IMG/VR virus record: IMGVR_UViG_3300045988_136184
Direction: 5' to 3' (one strand)
Length of the DNA stretch: 16,591 bases
From: a virus
Shown: positions 8,144-12,624 of the stretch, piece by piece
How positions within the stretch are numbered: the first letter of the stretch is position 1
Layout: every line of letters starts with the position of its first letter
Position numbers and translations under genes: made by a program
Notes under the pieces: model-generated
Told to the model about the DNA's origin: nothing
Databases searched by the model: none
Seen by the model: only the letters and a program-made list of their open reading frames with translations

Positions 8144-8175
8144 GCCGCGCCCTTGCCGGCGCGGCTTTTTTTATT
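8144..8175 (+). terminator. GC-rich hairpin (GCCGCGCC-cttgcc-GGCGCGGC) followed by TTTTTTTATTT on the plus strand
   Basis: Read directly at 8144-8165 plus the T-run at 8166-8175. It lies in the HNH-terS intergenic gap. Its orientation is opposite to the flanking genes; on the minus strand the A-run comes before the hairpin. Confidence 0.5.
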
Positions 8176-8240
8176 TGGGTTGGGGATACGAAATCGGTGG
8201 GCGCGGGGTGTCCCTTGACCATGGCCGTTTAAAAAACCGG

Positions 8241-8966
8241 CTACCATCGCGGCCGCGCCGACACGGCCGGCGGCGAAGACGGGCCGTCGATCAGGCGAAG
8301 CCGCGAAAGCTGCGTGCGCCGCGTCTCCAGCATCCCGTCCACCTTCGCTTGCGTGATGCCGATCCGGCGCCATCGCTTCAGCAGCTCCACGTCTTCACGG
8401 CCACGCCGGCACTCGGCCATGCGCCCGCGCAACAGCTGGTCGTCGGCGTCCAGGACCACCACGTCATAGTTCAACGCGATCCACTCGGCCAGCATGTTCG
8501 GACTGTTGCGGGACGTCGGCAGCGCACGCACCAGCCACACATGCCTGGCCGTGACCATGCGGGACACACGCCGGTACGCGCTGCCCCACAACGTATCGGC
8601 CAGCGCGTGCGCCTCGCTGCCGCCGTCCACGCACGCGACCGCCAGCCTCGACGGGTCCACCACGATATCGCCCGGCGCCATGTGGTCGCGCACATACGCG
8701 GTCTTGCCCACGCATGGCGGGCCTATCACGGCCGTGACCTGCGCGCCGAAGCCGGACACCACACGATCCGCGCGCAACGAATTGCAGTGCTTACACGCCG
8801 GCCGAAGATTGCTCGGAACGGTCGGGCCGTAGAGACTGTAAGGCTTCACGTGGTCCATGGTCTCCGTGCCCCTGTGCGTGCATCCCGGCATGTCCAGCCA
8901 ACAATCGGAGCCGAACGTGAGCAGCACTTGCGCGGCCATGTTCGGCGGCACCCTCTTGCGCTTCAT
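8241..8966 (-). CDS. HNH endonuclease fused to a P-loop NTPase / kinase-like domain, 241 aa
   Basis: The N-terminus reads CWLDMPGC...DHVKPYSLYGPTVPSNLRPACKHCN, an HNH motif with a Cys4-type zinc site. The C-terminus has Walker A (VIGPPCVGKT) and Walker B-like (YDVVVLDAD) motifs. The ATG at 8966 forms an ATGA overlap with the upstream stop. Confidence 0.7.
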   Translation of the reverse strand: MKRKRVPPNMAAQVLLTFGSDCWLDMPGCTHRGTETMDHVKPYSLYGPTVPSNLRPACKHCNSLRADRVVSGFGAQVTAVIGPPCVGKTAYVRDHMAPGDIVVDPSRLAVACVDGGSEAHALADTLWGSAYRRVSRMVTARHVWLVRALPTSRNSPNMLAEWIALNYDVVVLDADDQLLRGRMAECRRGREDVELLKRWRRIGITQAKVDGMLETRRTQLSRLRLIDGPSSPPAVSARPRW

Positions 8967-9133
8967 TGCCTCTTCCCCATCCACTTGTTCACATCGTCCA
9001 CGAGATACACCACGCGGCCCTCCAACATGTACCACTTCGGCCCACGGCCCTGCTTGCGCCACATGTAGAGCGTCTGACCGGACTTGCCCAGGAACTCGGC
9101 CAGCTCACGCGCATACAGGAAACGACGGCCCAT
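8963..9133 (-). CDS. Excisionase-family / MerR-like HTH DNA-binding protein (candidate Xis/RDF), 56 aa
   Basis: MGRRFLYARELAEFLGKSGQTLYMWRKQGRGPKWYMLEGRVVYLVDDVNKWMGKRQ fits the excisionase-type winged HTH pattern. It forms a TGATG junction with the upstream gene. Confidence 0.6.
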   Translation of the reverse strand: MGRRFLYARELAEFLGKSGQTLYMWRKQGRGPKWYMLEGRVVYLVDDVNKWMGKRQ

Positions 9134-9465
9134 CAGTGGCACCACCGTTTCAGTGACGCGGCCACATCCCGGCAATCGTAGGTCTTCAAGCCCAGCACAC
9201 GGCCGCGCGCATGGATGCCGGCGCCACTCTTGTCGGAAAGAATCGTCTGCATGTCCAAGTCGTGCGCCGGGTTCTTCGTGCTCAACCCGATCAGCGCCAT
9301 AAGCTCGGGCCGGGTGATGGTGTCAGAGCACGCACACCGCTGCTCGATGTTCGGCAGAGCGTACTTCACCATCGCGCGGAGATTGCGAAGCTTCGTCTTG
9401 TTCGCCGGTGACTGCTTGCGACCGGTGCGTTTCCTCGTTGGTTTGTAATCGACTGCATATCCCAT
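9133..9465 (-). CDS. Hypothetical basic protein, 110 aa
   Basis: This ORF has an RBS (CGAGGT) and is the first gene after the 430-bp non-coding region. I recognise no family. Confidence 0.5.
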   Translation of the reverse strand: MGYAVDYKPTRKRTGRKQSPANKTKLRNLRAMVKYALPNIEQRCACSDTITRPELMALIGLSTKNPAHDLDMQTILSDKSGAGIHARGRVLGLKTYDCRDVAASLKRWCH

Positions 9466-9550
9466 AATGTGAACCTCGATTCGGAACGTTGATTGATAGA
9501 GACTTTTGGGTGGTGAGGGTTAGAGCGGGGAGACCTAGACGTAGGCGACG

Positions 9551-9576
9551 AAAACAGACGAACATTTGTTCGTCTG
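9551..9576 (-). terminator. Perfect 10-2-10 palindrome CAGACGAACA-tt-TGTTCGTCTG, followed by TTTT on the minus strand
   Basis: Read directly. On the minus strand the stem is followed by TTTTCG. It could equally be a protein-binding palindrome. Confidence 0.35.
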
Positions 9577-9892
9577 CAATCAATCGTCTGCAAGGTCTCC
9601 ACGCGACTTTCGGTCTGGAGCCGGGCCGTCGCATTGTCGAGAGCGGCCCAATGGCCGCCGTGAATGGTCCCGCCAAAGCCTCCACAAAAATGTGTGGTCA
9701 CGCCGCCCTATTACGCCTTAACCGGCAAGCCCTGGTGGTAGGGAAGCGCTCAAGCACCCCGCAAGGGTGACAGGTTTCGTTTCGCTAGTAACGATGCGCC
9801 AGTCGTCCGCAGTGGGTTAGACCCGTCGACGTGCTACCGGGTCCCTGCACATCCCCGGTCACGGCACATTCAGTTATCCAGAACGGCGCGCC

Positions 9893-10063
9893 CTACTCAG
9901 GCGGCGCCGCGCACAACGCCAGATAAAGCTCACGGAACAATGTCCGCGCCTCGTTACAACTGAACGCGTACACACGGCCCGGCCTCTTACGGCCGTCCAT
10001 GGTCGGCGTGATCGTCACGGCCACATAGCCCTGAGGCGTGGGCCTTACGGTGAACTCATACAT
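9893..10063 (-). CDS. Hypothetical protein, 56 aa
   Basis: MYEFTVRPTPQGYVAVTITPTMDGRKRPGRVYAFSCNEARTLFRELYLALCAAPPE. The upstream 58 residues of the track ORF are Arg/Cys/Ser-rich and are rejected. Confidence 0.4.
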   Translation of the reverse strand: MYEFTVRPTPQGYVAVTITPTMDGRKRPGRVYAFSCNEARTLFRELYLALCAAPPE

Positions 10064-10182
10064 GGTCGTTCCATCCCAGAAACTCGGCCGCCGCGGCCCA
10101 CGCCAGACACAAGCCCAGCGAGAACAGCACGAGCGGCGAAACAACAAGCAGCACGACGAACTGGCAGATTTCGCGGCGGACG

Positions 10183-10428
10183 TCACGCCTCTTCGATATC
10201 GAGTTGCACGGCGTCGGGTATCGACTTGATGCAGCAAATCAGCTCATAGCCCGCGTACTCGGGTATCGAGCCGGTGGTAAGCACGATGGCCGGCGCGTCC
10301 TTGTCGTCCGTGAAGCAGCGCACCGGGCCACAGGACCATTTCACGCTGTTCTTCGTCTGGAGCCGGAACACCACGAGGTCGCCCGGCCGCACGTCCCCGG
10401 GCTCGGTCGAAATCTCATACCGCATCAT
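10183..10428 (-). CDS. Hypothetical protein, 81 aa
   Basis: The start is MMRYEISTEPGDV at 10428 or 10425, overlapping the end of the zinc-ribbon ORF by 14 nt. I recognise no family. Confidence 0.5.
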   Translation of the reverse strand: MMRYEISTEPGDVRPGDLVVFRLQTKNSVKWSCGPVRCFTDDKDAPAIVLTTGSIPEYAGYELICCIKSIPDAVQLDIEEA

Positions 10429-10588
10429 GCGCCGCCTCGTCATGCTTCGGCATGCCGCACTTCGGGCAACGCGCCTGAGGCGGATAGATGAACCAACCAT
10501 GCGCCTTCGCGTGCTGGTCCGCCGCGACGTTCCACGGCACCGTCATGGTGAAACCGCAATCATCGCACTTCACGACGTGATACATCAT
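10415..10588 (-). CDS. Small zinc-ribbon protein (CxxC...CxxC), 57 aa; not in the supplied ORF track
   Basis: The hand translation is MMYHVVKCDDCGFTMTVPWNVAADQHAKAHGWFIYPPQARCPKCGMPKHDEAAHDAV-stop. The ATG at 10588 forms an ATGA overlap with the upstream stop, and the TGA lies at 10417-10415. Confidence 0.55.
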   Translation of the reverse strand: MMYHVVKCDDCGFTMTVPWNVAADQHAKAHGWFIYPPQARCPKCGMPKHDEAAHDAV

Positions 10589-10767
10589 CGGTCCTGCTCC
10601 CTTGCATTCAGAAAACGATTGATCTCCTCACGCCACTGCCTCAAATCGGCCGGCGACGCGTCGAATTCCAGGCCGCAATGCGCCGCGAAATAATCCGGGA
10701 ACGACACACGGAACATGCGGTATTCCTCGGCTTCGGCGTTCAAACAAATCGACATGCGCATGGTCAC
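10585..10767 (-). CDS. Hypothetical protein, 60 aa (GTG start)
   Basis: The GTG at 10767 forms a GTGA overlap with the cro-like stop; an alternative ATG lies at 10761. I recognise no family. Confidence 0.45.
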   Translation of the reverse strand: MTMRMSICLNAEAEEYRMFRVSFPDYFAAHCGLEFDASPADLRQWREEINRFLNAREQDR

Positions 10768-10979
10768 GCCTCCAACGGCTTCGCGTAATCGGAACGGCCT
10801 GTGAGGTAATCAAGCGACACGTCGAACGCGTCGGCGATTTTCCGCATGTCCTTCAAGGTGAAGTTGGTGCGGCCGTGAAACTTGTCGCTCACGGCCTGTT
10901 CGGACACGCCCAGCACCTCGGCTAGGTCGCGCTGCTTCAGGTGGTGGGCCCTCAACAGTCTTCGGATATTGCTAATCAA
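10764..10979 (-). CDS. Cro-like XRE-family HTH regulator, 71 aa from TTG 10979 (the maximal ORF extends to GTG 11054, 96 aa)
   Basis: HTH core: NIRRLLRAHHLKQRDLAEVLGVSEQAVSDKFHGRTNFTLKDMRKIADAFDVSLDYL. The TTG at 10979 has GAAGG 5 nt upstream and leaves the operator repeats intergenic. The GTG at 11054 has no RBS and would bury an operator inside the ORF. Confidence 0.7.
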   Translation of the reverse strand: MISNIRRLLRAHHLKQRDLAEVLGVSEQAVSDKFHGRTNFTLKDMRKIADAFDVSLDYLTGRSDYAKPLEA

Positions 10980-10993
10980 ATCTGCCTTCTTCG

Positions 10994-11015
10994 TAGAAGC
11001 TACTGAATATCTGTA
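10994..11015. promoter_or_regulatory. Operator-like repeat copy A (tagaAGCTACtGAATATCtGTA)
   Basis: 19 of 22 positions are identical to copy B, 64 bp away. It is an imperfect internal palindrome. A shorter third relative, ACTGAATCTG, lies at 11033-11042. A candidate -35 TTGACG for the minus strand lies at 11030-11025. Confidence 0.55.
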
Positions 11016-11057
11016 ATTACTACACGTCAAAAACTGAATCTGCAACCGCGACACGCC

Positions 11058-11079
11058 TAGTAGCTACGGAATATCCGTA
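11058..11079. promoter_or_regulatory. Operator-like repeat copy B, containing the perfect 7-3-7 palindrome CTACGGA-ATA-TCCGTAG
   Basis: Read directly (palindrome at 11063-11079). It sits just upstream of a TAAATT -10-like hexamer (11081-11086) and the repressor start codons (GTG 11088, ATG 11094). This is compatible with a leaderless transcript. Confidence 0.55.
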
Positions 11080-11087
11080 GTAAATTA

Positions 11088-11510
11088 GTGGTTATGACAG
11101 CAACAATGACAATGCCGAACGCGATGCGTAGGCAAGATGTAGTAGCAAAGAACGTTGGTTTGATGGTGAAGGCGCGTGGGCTGAAGAAGAAGGATCTAGC
11201 GCAAGCGATGGGGATTTCCCCTCAGGCTGTTTCCACGCGGTTGCAGGGTACTGCCAATTGGACGCTAGACGAGGCTTGCGCGGCTGCCGATTTTCTCCGC
11301 GTGCCGCTGGACACACTTCTTCGCGCGTCGCTTACCGCCGGCGAGGTGCTGGGGTATGAAAAAACCGCCGCCCCGGATGATTCCGGGAACGGCGGTCAAT
11401 TGGTAGCGGGGCATGGATTTGAACCATGGACCTCTGGTAACGTTGTTGCCCAGAGGTCCACGGTTCAAATCCATGAAGCCCGATTATTTGATTTTATCCT
11501 AGCGGCGTAA
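11088..11510 (+). CDS. CI-like XRE-family HTH repressor, 140 aa viral form; its 3' third reads through the attP core and it ends in ...ILAA
   Basis: HTH: VAKNVGLMVKARGLKKKDLAQAMGISPQAVSTRLQGTANWTLDEACAAADFLRVPLDTLL. Codons from about 105 onward (GGQLVAGHGFEPWTSG...) are the complement of a tRNA 3' end. The terminal codons are atc cta gcg gcg taa, encoding I L A A stop. Confidence 0.75.
   Translation: MVMTATMTMPNAMRRQDVVAKNVGLMVKARGLKKKDLAQAMGISPQAVSTRLQGTANWTLDEACAAADFLRVPLDTLLRASLTAGEVLGYEKTAAPDDSGNGGQLVAGHGFEPWTSGNVVAQRSTVQIHEARLFDFILAA
11401..11437 (-). other. attP core: 3' terminal fragment of a tRNA gene (no 5' half, so not a functional tRNA)
   Basis: The minus strand reads CCAGAGGTC-CATGG-TTCAAAT-CCATG-CCCCGCT-A-CCA. 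This is a perfect T-arm, 7-nt acceptor strand, discriminator and CCA. The upstream sequence does not fold into anticodon, D or 5' acceptor arms. It lies next to the integrase gene. Confidence 0.75.
11412..11475. repeat. 26-bp inverted repeat (one A/C mismatch) with a 12-nt spacer; the left arm is the tRNA-fragment T-arm region and the right arm is a degenerate inverted copy
   Basis: Left arm 11412-11437 is catggatttgaaccatggacctctgg. The spacer is taacgttgttgc. Right arm 11450-11475 is ccagaggtccacggttcaaatccatg. Confidence 0.9.
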
Positions 11511-11528
11511 TGCCGCCGGCCGCCAAGG

Positions 11529-12368
11529 ATGCCGGCCGTGAGTATGCACAAAAAGCTGCCCCCTGCTCAGTGGCGGGACGAAATCACCCTATGGCTCGAA
11601 TCGCTCACGGCGGCGGGCCTCAGTCAGGACACCGTCAACACGCGGCGGTGCAAGATAGGCCACGCGGCGCGGTGCCTGGATAAATCGCCCTATGACGTGA
11701 CGTCGGAGGATCTAGTGCATTGGACCGCCTCGCAATCATGGAAGGCGGAGACGCGCAAGGGCTACCGAAACACGCTCGTCGGTTTTTTCCGGTGGCTGCA
11801 TGCCACGGGCCGGCGCGCGGACGATCCGGCCGCCGCGCTGCCGAAGGTGCGCAAGACGCGGCCGCATCCCCGCCCGTGCCCCGACGTGCACATATACGCT
11901 GCCATGTGCGCCGCGAACGATGTGGAACGGCTCATGCTGCGTCTCGGAGCAGAAGCCGGGTTGAGGCTGTCCGAAATCGCGGCCGTCCACTCGCGCGACG
12001 TGCTGGAAGGCGACGCCGGCCCGTCGCTGATAGTGCGGGGCAAGGGCGACAAACAGCGCATAGTGCCCATAAGCGAGGACCTGGCGAAGCGGATAACGGC
12101 CGCGCCCGGTTGGCTGTTCCCCGGCCGGTGGCGTGGACACGTCGAAAAATCGTATGTGTCCCGCCACCTCACACGGCTGCTGCCGGACGGTTGGGGGCCG
12201 CACTCGCTGCGCCACCGGTACGCCACGCGCATGTACGAGACCACGCACGATCTGCTGCTGGTCTCGAAACTGCTGGGACATAGCAGCGTGGAGACCACGC
12301 AAATCTACGTGGCGATGCCGGACAGCCGTCTGCGCGTCGGTCTGGACGCGGTGACGTTGGCCGGCTAG
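11529..12368 (+). CDS. int: Tyrosine integrase (XerC/D-sized, 279 aa; the start could be 11529, 11538 or 11544)
   Basis: Catalytic signature residues: Arg in AGLRLSEI, Lys in GKGDKQRIVPI, HxxR in HSLRHRYAT, and H...Y in LGHSSVETTQIYV. An N-terminal SAM-like core-binding region is present. There is no room for a separate arm-binding domain. Confidence 0.9.
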   Translation: MPAVSMHKKLPPAQWRDEITLWLESLTAAGLSQDTVNTRRCKIGHAARCLDKSPYDVTSEDLVHWTASQSWKAETRKGYRNTLVGFFRWLHATGRRADDPAAALPKVRKTRPHPRPCPDVHIYAAMCAANDVERLMLRLGAEAGLRLSEIAAVHSRDVLEGDAGPSLIVRGKGDKQRIVPISEDLAKRITAAPGWLFPGRWRGHVEKSYVSRHLTRLLPDGWGPHSLRHRYATRMYETTHDLLLVSKLLGHSSVETTQIYVAMPDSRLRVGLDAVTLAG

Positions 12369-12622
12369 GCCGCGTGCTGCGCGCGCGACTTGGGCGTGAT
12401 TGGGTTGTCCTTCCACCACGCCCATAGCGCGGCGCCCACGTTCCATGTGAGGGCGACGAGCTGGTTAACCGTCTCGTCAGCGATGGGGATGGTATCGACG
12501 CCGAACATGACCAGGCAAGCGTTAATCAAGCCGAGCAGCAGCACGGCGGCGCGGGCGATGGTCGCGGCGCTGACGCCGGGGGTGCGGGTGTCGCCGCCCT
12601 CCACTTGTTCTTCGTATTCCAT
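12365..12622 (-). CDS. Holin, 85 aa, two predicted TM helices
   Basis: Located immediately downstream of the endolysin, with a GGAAGGA RBS. The hydrophobic segments are AAVLLLGLINACLVMFGV and LVALTWNVGAALWAWW, followed by a basic tail (WWKDNPITPKSRAQ). From memory this resembles the WWKNNxxT motif of SPP1/phiLC3-type holins. Confidence 0.6.
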   Translation of the reverse strand: MEYEEQVEGGDTRTPGVSAATIARAAVLLLGLINACLVMFGVDTIPIADETVNQLVALTWNVGAALWAWWKDNPITPKSRAQHAA

Positions 12623-12624
12623 GG

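Noticed and set aside
6681-9068. Plus-strand ORFs 6681-7853 (390 aa), 7658-8092 and 7857-9068 (403 aa)
   Set aside because: They are antisense to the large terminase, terS and HNH genes. Their translations are Arg-rich and low-complexity, so they are shadow ORFs.
9489-9770. Plus-strand ORF of 93 aa, and minus-strand ORFs 9323-9685 and 9366-9701, in the non-coding island
   Set aside because: They start at TTG or have no RBS. They are rich in Arg and in AGA/AGG/TTA codons that the credible genes avoid. They overlap palindromes and repeats and lack protein-like composition.
10056-10182. A hydrophobic micro-ORF in the 10064-10182 gap, considered as a firm feature
   Set aside because: There is no ATG, and the only in-frame start candidate (GTG) lies inside the hydrophobic run. 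Hydrophobic shadow frames are common in GC-rich DNA. It is kept only as a low-confidence note within a finding.
11395-11485. A complete tRNA gene on either strand
   Set aside because: The minus strand has a perfect T-arm, acceptor 3' strand and CCA. However, the sequence where the anticodon, D and 5' acceptor arms should be is instead the inverted copy of the T-arm. The plus-strand copy has a T-stem mismatch, no CCA and no matching 5' acceptor. It is an attP fragment, not a gene.
12353-12368. The integrase C-terminus (...VTLAG) as a second ssrA-like degradation tag
   Set aside because: It ends in -LAG, not -LAA/-VAA. The resemblance is too weak to claim from sequence alone.
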